DNA of 23,781 bases from Octopus sinensis (GCF_006345805.1 NW_021836562.1:1-23781); one strand, 5' to 3'; counted from the first letter of the stretch, positions 1-11,530 are shown. Translations and numbers: made by a program. Notes: generated from the letters alone by a model not told the origin.

Positions 1-729
1 TAAAATATTTGTAATATTTGTAAATTTTGGCACAGATAAAGTAAGCCGATCGCACCAATTTAACGCGGAATATATCCGGGTTGGTATAACTGCGCCAACA
101 TTTAGTATCTCGAGAAAGGATTTTATGGTTCTTCCGCTGTCATTTATACCTTCTTAATGCCGTTTATCTCCAGTCACTCATTGAAGATAACGGTTTTGAA
201 TGAAGGAAAATAAGTACAAGGTCATTCAAGCAATATCCATTTCAGCTGTGCTGCTAATTACAAAATCCTCTTCTTCTCTATGTAATACCTAGGTCTTTAG
301 GTTGTTTTTTATTTGCCAAGATTCTTGTGGAGACCAGTTGTTGTTGTAGTGGTTATGTTGCCCTGAACCAACTCACTGCAGGAAAGCCGTATCATGTAGT
401 TTGCTCACCGAACGCTTCAACGGGACAAATACATTACTGCAAGGATATGTATGTGTTTACAGATCGTAGTGTACACTTTAACATGAAGTGGTTCATTGTG
501 GGTGTATGGGTACCCGTGCGTGTGGCCATGCTCTTGTGTGTGCCCGTTTATGTGTGTCCGTGTGCCCGTGTGTGTGTTTGTTGCGTTTCTGTCTGTGTTT
601 TTGAGCAACAGTCTGCCCTTAATATGTTTTCTCAGCTAATCGATGTTTCACTTCCGAGTCTGTGACTCTTTGTGGTAGCCATGTCGGAGACAAAAAAGGC
701 GGAAAATTTTTGAAGTGGGATTGCAACAT

Positions 730-1636
730 TTTCTACTTTTCTACTTTAGGCACAAGGCCCGAAATTTTAGGGGAGAGGGTGCTAGTCGATTAGATCGACC
801 GCAATACGCGGCTGATACTTGATTTATCGACCCCGAAATGATGAGAGGAAAAGTCGACTTCGGTGCGATTTGAACTCAGAACGTAAAGACAGACACAATA
901 CCTATTTCTTTACTACCCACAAGGGGTTAAACACAGATAGGACAAACAAGGACAGACAAACGGATTAAGTCGAATATATCGACCCCAGTGCGTAACTGGT
1001 ACTTATTTAATCGACCCCGAAAGGATGAACGGTAAAGTCCACCTCGGCGGAATTTGAACTCAGAATGTAGCGGCAGACGAAATATCTATTTCTTTACTAC
1101 TCGCAAGGGGCTAAACACAGAAAGGAGAAACAAGGACAGACAAACGGATTAAGTCGATTGTAAAGTCCACATCGCGGAATTTGAACTCAGAACGTAACAG
1201 CAGACGAAATACCTATTTCTATTTCTTTATTACCCACAAGGGGCTAAACACAGAGGGAACAAACAAGGACAGACATAGGTATTAACTCGATTACATCGAC
1301 CCCAGTGCGTAACTGGTACTTATTTAATCGACCCCGAAAGGATGAAGAGCATAGTCGACCTCGGTGGAATTTGAACTCAGAACGTAACGGCAGACGAAAT
1401 ACCTATTTCTTTATTACCCACAAGAGGCTAAACATAGAGAGGACAAACATGGACAGACATAGGTATTAAGTCGATTATATCGACCCCAGTGCTTAACTGG
1501 TACTTAATTTATCGACCCCGAAAGGATGAAAGGCAAAGTCGACCTCGGCAGAATTTGAACTCACAACGTAACGGCAGCCGAAATACCGCTAAGCATTTCG
1601 CCCGACGTGCTAACGATTCTGCCAGCTCGCCGCCTT
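730..1636 (-). mobile_element. Tandem multimer of a tRNA-derived SINE: one head, then four ~184-bp units and an older terminal unit
   Basis: The minus-strand head AAGGCGGCGAGCTGGCAGAATCGTTAGC carries A-box-like TGGCAGAATCG. The B-box GAGTTCAAATT (+ strand GAACTC) recurs at 872, 1056, 1183, 1373 and 1557, giving periods of 184, 127, 190 and 184. The body matches the monomer at 6196-6426. Confidence 0.9.
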
Positions 1637-2864
1637 AGGCTGTTATATATATGATGTGTAGTGTTATGAAAGTAGTGTGGAATGTTGTATCGGTGGTGTG
1701 GCATTTTGTGTGTATAGGGCGTAGTGTTGTAATAGCATAACAAGGTGTCCAGGATATATGTAACGAGGTATCTGATCGAGATTCTGTTCTTTTTGCAAAA
1801 CTATGGGATACTCTTCTCAAAATCTTTACACCAACATGTGTCTCGATATTCGCCGACATGGTACATTTAATCTACTTTAGAAGTAACATACTTGACTCTC
1901 TATCTTATATGCATTCTACAAATGAAATTTAATGAACCCATTAAAAACATTTTTATGTACGATATACAAAACCGAACATTTTTACAGGATCTGGTCTCTC
2001 TTGAATTTATCTTTCAATTTTACAGAAAATTTATTCTTCTCAAATTAAATGATTTTTTTTAGAGTGGCACAATATGTTCATAAGAAAATAATTTTGCCAT
2101 AATATAATTAATTAATGATATTTTGTGGTGCAACGCTCGGATATTTTCTGGTTTGGCACTACCATTAATTGAGTGTGGCTACCTTTAGCGGTGTTTCTTG
2201 TATCGTAAACATTTAAATCAGGCCGTGTCCCGCCTCACCCACATTTCCACCGCAGATATTCATGTATAGAGGTCCGGGCGGACACATTACGATCATAGGT
2301 GCTGCCTGTTTTACTCTGTGTTTCGGAAATATCAAACGAATCAGACAAAACTCTATGAAATATGGGACAATATTAAGTGAAATGAAGATGAGTTTGGAGA
2401 CTGAAATGTAAGAGAAATATTAAGCCTGGCTCCCCATCATTTCATGGATGTGAGAGAGAAGAAGCTTTTCATATTCATCTCTTTAAAACAATAATAAATA
2501 ATTTTAATTAATTAATTATAGTAACGGCTCCGGTGTGTTGCGAAAACCAGTTTCACTTGCACCGCACTGTCGACAATATTTTAAATAAAGTATTCAACCA
2601 ACAGATTTACAGCCCGCTTAAAGAAGTAGAAAATGATAAAATATAATTTGAAATATCAGAACAGAAAAACTATTCTTGAGAAAAGTAAATTTATTGACAC
2701 CTTCAGATTGGCAGTTGAGAAGTTGTAACCAATATACTGGATTGCAAGAGAAATCCATTCCCCGACGCCGTTTCTTTTAATCCTTTTCAAAGCTAATTGA
2801 ATTAATAAGAAAAGTATTTATATCGTAGTCTTTTATGGCTTTCTTGTAGCTCTATTCTGCCTCC

Positions 2865-3253
2865 GGTGGAGGCACAATAGTCCGGTGGTTAGGGCAGCGG
2901 ACTCGCAGTCGGGGGATCGCGGTTTCGAATTCCAGACCGGGCGTTGTGTGTGTTTATTGAACGAAAACACCTAAAGCTCTACGAGGCTCCGGCAGCGATG
3001 GTGGCGAACCCTGCTGTACTCTTCCACCACATCTTTCTCTCACTCTTTCTTCCTGTTTCTGTTGTACCTGTATTTCAAAGGGCCAGCCTTGTCACACTCT
3101 GTGTCACACTGAATCTCCCCGAGAACTACGTTAAGGGTACACGTGTCTGTGGAGTACTCAGTCACTTGCACATTAATTTCACGAGCTGGTTGTTCCGTTG
3201 ATCGAATCAGCTGGGACCCCCGTCGTCGTAACCGACGGAGTGCCACGACGGGG
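2865..3253 (+). mobile_element. Full-length tRNA-derived SINE (octopus OR/OK-like family)
   Basis: A-box-like TAGTCCGGTGG and B-box GGTTTCGAATTCC at the 5' end; 3' end CGTCGTAACCGACGGAGTGCCAC. Candidate 11-bp TSD ATTCT(G/T)CCTCC at 2854-2864 and 3254-3264. Confidence 0.85.
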
Positions 3254-3887
3254 ATTCTTCCTCCATAATTTTTGTTTATTGTTTTGAAACTAGAATAAAT
3301 TTTACCACTTTTCAGACATATCATGATGGAGCGCCAAGAGAGAAAACAAACAAAACAAAAAAACAAAAACACAAAACGAACGAAGATATATGATAACTCA
3401 ATGTTTTCAAGTAATGCATTCCACCTAATTGTAGAATATCAATGCCATGTACTCGGAGCACCTGGGGTCGCAGAGTAGCACATCTCATTAAAAAAAAAAA
3501 TTTCAATTTACGAACTAAAATCCCTTGAAACATATCATAGACGAAACAAAGCAAAAGTAACTTTCCACCAGCCTGCTCGCTAAGGTGTATGGCAGTTTCG
3601 ACGCCTTGAAACGGAAAGAGCATGCTTCAGTAACTTCAACAACAATTAAATACTATTTTTAAACAAGTATTACAGCAGACACGTGATGAAGTGAAATCTT
3701 AGCAAATGAAGTAACTTCTATTTGTAGTGAAATTAAATGAAACAGTGTTCCCCTAAATTACAGCTTTCATTAGTTACGATGAAGTTACAGAAAGAGTGCG
3801 ACACAGCGGTGTCAAAGTATGTAAAGAAAGAAAAGGAAAAGGAGGGGTACACTAGTGCTTGGAAAAGTCCTCTCCCTCTCTCTCTCC

Positions 3888-3928
3888 ATATATATATATA
3901 TGCATATACATTTTATCCATATTTCACA

Positions 3929-3964
<36 letters not shown>

Positions 3965-3997
3965 TAAATTTATATATATAATATATATATAATATAT

Positions 3998-4034
<37 letters not shown>

Positions 4035-4052
4035 ATATATATATATATTATA

Positions 4053-4085
<33 letters not shown>

Positions 4086-4086
4086 C
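3888..4086. repeat. Compound (TA)n/(CA)n microsatellite
   Basis: Directly visible dinucleotide runs. Confidence 0.95.
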
Positions 4087-4099
4087 GATATAGTGTATA

Positions 4100-4520
4100 T
4101 TTATACACATAAGGAATCCACACTTAGGGTGAGATTGAACACATTAGATAACCACAAAAATAATAGATAAAATTCGACAGGAATAAATTTGGAAATGAAA
4201 AACATTTACCATTAATACCCCGGACCAAATTGGTTTCTGATCTTCTTTTAACAAGTCGGGGGAACTCGCAAGGTCTGATCTACTTCGGCGAGGTCCAACC
4301 TGGGGTTAAAACGTATAAGACAGAAGACAAGGACTGCTACCTGTTTACTGTTTATACGAAGTAACTTTTCAAATTTTTCTGCGCAATCGCAGTCCTACCG
4401 TTGGCTACAATAAAGCGCCAACTTTAACCGAAAATTATCCAAAAAGTTATAATGTTCAATCATATCAAAAGTAGATTTTGATTGAATATTTTATATTTAA
4501 TTAAATTCCATTTCCCTTTT
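4100..4520 (-). mobile_element. Microsatellite-flanked interspersed repeat, probably Penelope-like-derived; related to 21432-21990
   Basis: Shares the blocks AAAAACATTTACCA.TAA, CCCGGAC, GTTAAAACG and TAACTTTTCAAAT..TGCGCA, in the same order, with 21729-21920. Contains a hammerhead-like fold at 4217-4294. Confidence 0.5.
4217..4294 (-). ncRNA. Decayed type I hammerhead-ribozyme-like motif
   Basis: Minus strand: stem I ACCUCG/CGGGGU, core CCGAAGU (2 changes from CUGANGA), stem II GAUC/GAUC, GAAA, stem III ACCA/UGGU, GUC triplet. Confidence 0.4.
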
Positions 4521-5185
4521 GATATGATATATATATATATATATATATACATACTTGTATTTATATATATATAAATACATACATACACACACACACACAC
4601 ATATATATATATACTAGCAGAGATACCCGGCGTTGCCTGTGTTACATACAATTGAAGAATTAGACTTTTCTGTTATATTTTCTCTAATGAACTGGAATAT
4701 CTATGTTTCGAATTTCATCAAAATTACAGATGAGGGTTATTTCCCTCTTTATACCCTTCAAAAATTGTAATCGTGCCACATGTATCCCATACTACTGATT
4801 TTTATGCGCATATTCCAAAATTCCAGTCTTACTGAACCTGTTAAAAGATTTTGCTCCTGAAAAATGAAGGTCATGGAGCTCTAAAATGTGAGAGTTAAGA
4901 CCCCTGTTGGATGTGGGCATCTTAATGTCAACCAGAGAAGTTGAATTGTTGAGAGTCTTTTTAACTTGGGTCTCATATCTATTGTTTGAATTTCTTTGAA
5001 TAGGAAATATATGTTCACTGGGTTTGTAAAAGAGAGCAAAGCTACAGGAAACTAAAAGACGAATGATCACAATAAGCAGTCAGTTACCCAACCCTAGTCG
5101 TAACCACTCCCAATGTAGGATCTATATGTATAGAAATAAATGTATACATATACAGCTATACTCACACACACACACACACATACAT

Positions 5186-5246
5186 AGGTGCAGGTGTGGC
5201 TGCGTGGTAACAAACTTCGTTCCAAAACACATGGACCTGGGTTTAA
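5186..5246 (+). mobile_element. 5' head fragment of the CORE-like SINE family seen at 7228-7660
   Basis: AGGTGTGGCTGCGTGGTAA...CACATGGACCTGGGTTT resembles the head GGCGTGGCCGAGTGGTAA...CACATGGTTCCGGGTTC. Confidence 0.55.
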
Positions 5247-5256
5247 ATTTAAATTT

Positions 5257-5330
5257 AAAATAATAAGGGTGAGAAATTGTATATTAATTTGATTAATATG
5301 AATTGAAAACCAGTGGTGTAGCATATAAAA
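5257..5330. repeat. Interspersed repeat fragment similar to 21445-21515
   Basis: AGGGTGA.AATT..ATATTAATTTGAT...ACCAGTGGT.TAGC.TATAAAA is present in both places. Confidence 0.5.
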
Positions 5331-5699
5331 CCATAGTGGATCTTCTTCTAGCAAAATGGATGTCCACTGTTAATGGTTCGTCCCTCTTATGTAATAGTTT
5401 GACTTTAATAGTATCAGTATTAAAGTGAAAAGTACCTGACATTACAATAGAGAGATGTTTTTGTTTCACTTTTGACACGTAATACTGAAATAGTGGAGAA
5501 TATATGATATTGCTGTGGGCTCGCCCTAGGCAAGAAGCTAGAAGTTTTTTTGCCCATGGCACTACATACACTCTAAGTAAGGCATGTGTAAAATTTGAAT
5601 GAAATTGGTTGTATAGTTCTCAAGTTTTAGGGATTCACACAGACAGACAGACAGACAGACAGACAGAGAGGCACACATTCTCAGTTTTATATATGTAGA

Positions 5700-5745
5700 T
5701 AAATACATACATGCATGCATGCATACATACATACATACATATATC

Positions 5746-5777
<32 letters not shown>

Positions 5778-5790
5778 TGTATGTATGTGC
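5700..5790. repeat. (CATA)n/(TATG)n microsatellite
   Basis: Directly visible tetranucleotide runs. Confidence 0.9.
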
Positions 5791-6195
5791 AAATATATAC
5801 ATTCTTGATGTACTATGCAGCAACGAGCCTCCATGTCTTCGCTTGACCTGCATAGAATAGCAAATGTACCTCCGTAAAGAATCATTCAACATTTGTAAGT
5901 AGGTAAGGGCATATTGAAAAATGTAGTCCTAGATATACTACGACGTCTCGCTGAAGCATACGTTAAGGCGTGTAACTGCTGTTTAAATGACTTCATCACT
6001 TTTCCCTTTCGATCCGATCTGTCTGTCCTTCACAGCGGAGAAACAATCCATCAGATATGCAAATAGGGAAAATTAATTGGATTTCCACGTGTTTCACTGG
6101 GAAATCAAAACGTTTAGCTACTGAATACCATTTTTAGCTCCTCCAAGGACATTTTAAAAAATCACATCAATTACCCCAAAGGTATTTGATATTAA

Positions 6196-6426
6196 GGGCG
6201 GCCAGCTGGCAGAACTGTTAGCACGCCGGGCGGAATGCTTAGCGGTATTTCGCCTGCCGTTACGTTCTGAGTTCAAATTCCGCCGAGGTCGACTTTGCCT
6301 TTCATCTTTTCGGGGTCGATTAAATAAGTACCAGCTACGCACTGGGGTCGATATAATCGACTTACTCGGTTTGTCTGTCCTTGTTTGTCCTCTCTGTGCT
6401 TAGAACCTTGTGGGTAGTAAAGAAAT
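6196..6426 (+). mobile_element. SINE monomer of the family multimerised at 730-1636, with a 16-bp TSD
   Basis: Head GGCGGCCAGCTGGCAGAACTGTTAGC and B-box GAGTTCAAATTCC. Perfect direct repeat AGGTATTTGATATTAA at 6180-6195 and 6427-6442. Confidence 0.9.
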
Positions 6427-6472
6427 AGGTATTTGATATTAAAAGTTTCGTGACGTAACATTGAAAGATATA

Positions 6473-6707
6473 CAGTAATCTCTCGCCACATCGCGGTTCG
6501 CTTGTCGCGGTTCACCTATCGCGGTTCATTATTTAAGCTTGCGTCGATTCCTCCGTGGTGTTGTTTTGCGTTTATAATAAAATAAATATAAACAAATTAT
6601 AAAAATAATAAAAAATACACAATACACTACTGTTTCTACTTTGCAGATTTTCACCTATTGCGGGGGAGTTTTGGAACGTAACACCCGCGATATTCGAGGG
6701 ATTACTG
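6473..6707. mobile_element. Tc1/mariner-superfamily (pogo/Tigger-type) MITE
   Basis: TIRs CAGTAATCTCTCG / CGAGGGATTACTG (12/13 match), extending to ATCGCGG. TA on both sides (6471-6472, 6708-6709). No ORF. Three internal TCGCGGTTC repeats. Confidence 0.85.
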
Positions 6708-6954
6708 TAGTTAACTTTTAGCCATAAACAAAGCGTCAATGGGTGAGACGCATCGTAGTCTCTCAGACTGCTGGAAATGGCAGCCAAATCTCTTTTAAAT
6801 AATATGGTTTTTGTCTTAAAAAAATAAAAATAAACAAAGAAATGGCACATCAGATTGTATTGTTAGAAGGACTATGTCAGAGACAAACGAGAGGAGTGTC
6901 ATGGCTGGATTGTTTCTGATCGAAGATTTATTTGACCAAAGTCCATCGAGAGTG

Positions 6955-7161
6955 AATCATCATCACCATCATGATCATCATCATCGTCATCATCATCATC
7001 ATCATCATCATCATCGTCATCATCATCATCATCATCATATCATCACCATCATCGTCGTCGTCGTCGTCATCATCATCATAATCATTATCAGCAGCAGCAT
7101 CACCACCACCACCAAAACCACCACCACCACCACTACCACTACCACCATCATCATCATCATT
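6955..7161. repeat. Compound trinucleotide repeat (CAT)n/(CGT)n/(CAC)n
   Basis: Directly visible; accounts for the poly-His/poly-Thr ORF 6874..7209. Confidence 0.95.
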
Positions 7162-7227
7162 TGCAAAAAAGGGAAAAGATGCAACAACAAATGCAATAAT
7201 AAGCGTTAAGTTAATGCTCCATTTTGT

Positions 7228-7660
7228 TTCTATCTCTTACTAGTTTCAGTCGTAAGACTGCGGCCATGCTGGAGCATCACCTGGAAGAATTTTCCCCTAG
7301 TACTCAATCCTTTTAAGCTTGGTATTTATTTTATCGGTCTCTTTCGTCGAACCGCTATGTTAGAGAGACTTAAACACAGCAACACCGGTTATCAAGTGGT
7401 GGAACAAAAACACACACATTCACACACACACACACATATTCACACTCAAAGACACACAAGCACACACAAGTATATGTATATATATATATATATGTTTACG
7501 ACGGGCTTCTTTCAGTTTCCGTCTTCCGGATCCATTCAGAAGACTTTGGTCTGTCTGAGGCAATTGTAGAAGATACTCACGCAAGGTACCACGTAGCGGG
7601 ACTGAACCCGGAACCATGTGGTTGGGAAGCAGGCAGTTTACCACTCGGCCACGCCTGTGC
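7228..7660 (-). mobile_element. Full-length tRNA-derived SINE with CORE-like block and internal microsatellite
   Basis: Minus-strand head has A-box TGGCCGAGTGG and B-box GGTTCAGTCCC. Internal (TA)/(TG) tract and tail CCAGCATGGCCGCAGTC...ACTGAAAC. Collinear with 17448-17830 and 15259-15471. Confidence 0.85.
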
Positions 7661-8457
7661 TAATTTACCCACACTTCTCAAATGAGTTGGTGTCAGTTAT
7701 TTTAGGGTTGATACCGAACCAGCATTTAGCGTAACTTCGTGACCTGAGACGATTTTCCCACCAGAGATCAGAGAGAAGAAATGTTGCCGAACATGTTTCA
7801 ACACAGAAATAAACAAACAAACAAACAAACCAGCGAATAAAGGAATAAATAATAAATAATAAATAATAAATAAATAAATGGGAAAAAAAGAAGGAAAAGA
7901 AGCGTAGGCATTTAAAAAAAAACTGACTGATTTCCATGTAGTTTGTGAGTTTGGCTGCAACGTTCGGAGTAATTTCAGGCAGGGCTGAACGATTTACCAA
8001 CATTTCCACTGCTGTTTCGTTGTGACCCAAACGTCATAATCATTTGATAAGAACAAATACAACAACACACAAACAAACAAACAAATTGGTAAATAAATAA
8101 ATAAATAAATAAATAATGGCTAACATCTGACTGGAGACATCGACACATTTCGGATTACAACCTGACCTTTGACTTCCATTATTCGGGTGGGGGGGGGGGA
8201 ATAGTTTGGCTCTCTGTGACTGCGACCTTTCGTCTCTTCTGGTTTTTTTGTTGCTTTTTTTTGTTTCCTTTTTTTGTTACAATGTAGTCAGCCGATAATT
8301 TGATCGCTATTACAAAATACTGTTAACATATTTAGGCAAGATCTCGGATTGTATGGCAGACGTTGTTGCTGCTGTTATTATTAATGTTATTGTTGTTGAC
8401 TAGAGTGATGACGACGTTAAAGAGGAGGGAAATATGGTGACGACGAAGACGATGTTG

Positions 8458-9020
<563 letters not shown>

Positions 9021-9642
9021 ATGATATATGTTCCTCTTTACTCTGTAATTATCCGTCACTTTTATTTCATTCCGTGTGCAGTAACTGATGACATGCGTGA
9101 AAAATGATCTTTTTCTTTTCTTCTTTGCTTTTGTCTTGTTTCTGAGGAAGTGAAACAAATCTTCCAAAATAGTTGTTTTAGACCACGACAGACATCATTG
9201 AAAACATTTAAACTGTTAAGTTTAATTGCAGCTTTTTTGTTTGTTTATTGTTGTTACAGTAAAATAATGAGCGCCAAAGTAAGGTGTTAATATTGAATCG
9301 AATTCAGGCAGCGATTTTATAAAATGTTGGACAAACAACTAAAAGATTTGTCGTTTACTGATCTTCTGAGTATATCATGTTTAATTACGGTGGGAAAATA
9401 ATTAGATAATTAATCCATGGTGTATTAAATAACTTGGTTACTGAGAAGGGTTGTATCACAAGTCTCTTCAGCGGCAGATACGTTCTGTATTAGTTTTCAC
9501 TCAACGATTCGGTCCTTATCGCTGTGGTTTGTGTCTTCGTAATTAAGAGTTGGACAAACTTACATCTACTTTGTCTATCTCTTTCTGCCTCCCTCTCTCC
9601 CCATCTTTGTTTCTGTCTTTGTCTCCTTCCTCTATCTTTATC

Positions 9643-9899
9643 TGCATTAAATCCCCGAATTGTGAAGAAGTATATATAGGTCAGACTGGAAATGCACTGT
9701 CGGAACGTTGACGTGTTCACCGACAGCAAATTAGAGAACCAGATGTCCGTCAGATACCTTTGAGTCACCATCAAGCAACATGCGGTCGGAAAATATTTTG
9801 TTTCCATTCCACAAACTACGCAGTCCAAGTGAAATCGTGAGAAAAATCTGAGAAGAGAACTTTATTGATAAATTCCAACCCAAGCTAAATAAACAATAA
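9643..9899 (+). pseudogene. Penelope-like element GIY-YIG endonuclease relic
   Basis: Manual translation gives CIKSPNCEEVYIGQTGNALSER*RVHRQQIREPDVRQIPLSHHQATCG, then after a frameshift near 9795-9800 FPFHKLRSPSEIVRKI*EENFIDKFQPKLNKQ*. The CxxC-YIGQT, R/H, H..C, E and P.LN pattern is that of PLE endonucleases. Two stops and one frameshift. Confidence 0.85.
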
Positions 9900-10531
9900 T
9901 ACTTATACTTAGAGGTACTATTTCTACTTCTATCACTAACAACAACAACAATACTAAAGGTGCTCATAATGACGATAACAGGTAAATACTAAGTCAAGAA
10001 AAATCCAGTAAAATTATCTTATTTTTTGGTCTAAGGTTCTATTAACATAATAACTACCACCACAACCACAACCACCACCACCGCCAGCAACAACCACAGC
10101 AACAACGACAACAATAATAAAAGAGATGATGATGGTGATGAGGATAACTGAAATGCAAAAATCCCTGGAAACTGTTTACGACATTTCTAAAAATAGCCCA
10201 AAAATTACTGCTTTGGCCAGGGTCAAAATACAGGTCAGAATACAGATCTCTTGACATGTTCAACGAACCAATCCAAACAACAATCAACTTAAATAATTTA
10301 GTAAAGCCACACACTGATTGGTCAGAATACAGTTTGCAAAAATTGACATTCTAGAGCCTACACAAATGTATTTAAGGCACACAGTTTAGCAATCTCACTA
10401 CAGTTGTAAACTGTAAAACCTAACTGTCACCACTACTGCATGAACCTGAAGATTGCATTGTTTAATGCATGAAAGTACTAGTTCAATCAGAATGCACATT
10501 TAATATTGTACCATTTCAATATATTTTATAA

Positions 10532-11158
10532 CTAGCAGTATCGCCCGGCGTTGCTCGGGTTTGTAAGGGAAATAACTATATAAGCATTTTTAGAGAGTTA
10601 TAGCCAAAAAATGCATTAAAAATGGAAAAAATATGATGGTAAATTTTTTTAAAAATCGTTGACTCATCGTAGACATTTTAGAGAGTTACTTCCCTTATAT
10701 AATAGCGAAAAAATGCATTAAAATGGAAAAAAAACGATGGTAAATTTTTTTTTAAATCGTAGACTCATGTAGACGCTTTCTTAGCCATTTCTGTTTTGGT
10801 GTCTTCAAGCCATGAAGTCGTTGTTCCAAAAGAACACTGGTCTCCTTGACAACGCATTACGACGTTGATTTCCTTACACTCCCTTCCCCACAGGTGCAGG
10901 TGTGAGCGTGGACGCCAACTCCGCCGCCATCGACACACGAAAAATTATGCATTAAAATGGAATAAAAAATTATGTTAAATTATTTTTAAAATCGTAGAAT
11001 CGTCGTAGACGCGCGCTAATATTCAGACGGGCTCGAAATGAATCACGACTATAAGCTACCGAATTTGGTTAAACTGCACCGCAAAATGTGGGAGTAGTTA
11101 GGAATCTAAATCGAAGGGGACAGACACTCACACACCTACAGTTTTATATACATATAGA
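10532..11158 (-). mobile_element. Non-autonomous Helitron
   Basis: Minus strand starts A|TC (+ GA at 11157-11158) and ends CTAG|T (+ 10532-10535). Hairpin CCCGAGCAACGCCGGG lies 8 nt before CTAG. Three internal ~64-bp direct repeats at 10611-10674, 10713-10774 and 10947-11010. Confidence 0.85.
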
Positions 11159-11177
11159 TATACATAGCGCAGTAGTG

Positions 11178-11530
11178 GTGAGATGTGACAGCAAAGAAAA
11201 GCATACATTCACTCTCTGCATGCAATTAGACTCGGAAAGTTCGTGAGGAACCCATTGACCCAATTTGCTGACTTTTCCGATAGCACACAGGTCTCAATGA
11301 ATGGTTGAATGACCAAATCCAAGCTTCTCTGCTAGTTCCTCACAGTTACGATGATTTTTTCCACACCAGGGTTTTCAGGATGTCCTTGTCGAGTTCTACA
11401 GATCTTTCAGGATGAGGCTCGTCTTCTAGGCTGTAGTTTAGGCTCGGGATTTCTGGAACCACCATTGACACTGCCTTACGCTTATTGTCCAATCCCCATA
11501 TACTGCATTAATATTTCTTGTACTTTGCAC
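11178..11530 (-). pseudogene. Mariner transposase N-terminal fragment (HTH region to WVPHEL linker)
   Basis: QSTRNINAVYGDWTISVRQCQWWFQKSRA / SLEDEPHPERSVELDKDILKTLV / EELAEKLGFGHSTIH*DLCAIGKVSKLGQWVPHELSESN. WVPHEL is at 11237-11254. Frameshifts and stops present. Confidence 0.9.

Larger units (their letters stand above)
4614..5699 (-). mobile_element. Non-autonomous Helitron-like element with nested insertions
   Basis: Minus strand begins A|TC (+ strand ...GTAGAT at 5695-5700), followed by a (GACA)n tract. It ends in CTAG|T (+ 4614-4617), preceded by a decayed GC hairpin CCCGGCGTTGCC that matches the end of 10532-11158. That both ends belong to one insertion is inferred. Confidence 0.6.

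Noticed and set aside
844-1590. Regularly spaced repeats superficially like a CRISPR array
   Set aside because: The whole unit is repeated with no unique spacers, it derives from a SINE, and the context is eukaryotic with no cas genes.
1753-1860. Possible 108-nt exon DICNEVSDRDSVLFAKLWDTLLKIFTPTCVSIFADM
   Set aside because: No polypyrimidine tract, a weak donor (GTACAT) and no recognisable homology.
2865-2945. tRNA-like A/B boxes here and at 1560-1636, 6196-6280 and 7590-7660
   Set aside because: They are SINE heads continuing into SINE bodies; no complete cloverleaf.
3683-3800. GTGATGA box-C-like motif (snoRNA?)
   Set aside because: No downstream CTGA box D or terminal stem was seen.
6874-7209. 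111-aa poly-His/poly-Thr ORF
   Set aside because: It is a translation of trinucleotide microsatellites, with no domain or splice support.
8163-8175. DR1-like nuclear receptor site TGACCTTTGACTT
   Set aside because: A single imperfect short match with no contextual evidence.
9079-9120. CTGATGA...GAAA hammerhead-like spacing
   Set aside because: Stems I and II cannot be formed convincingly.
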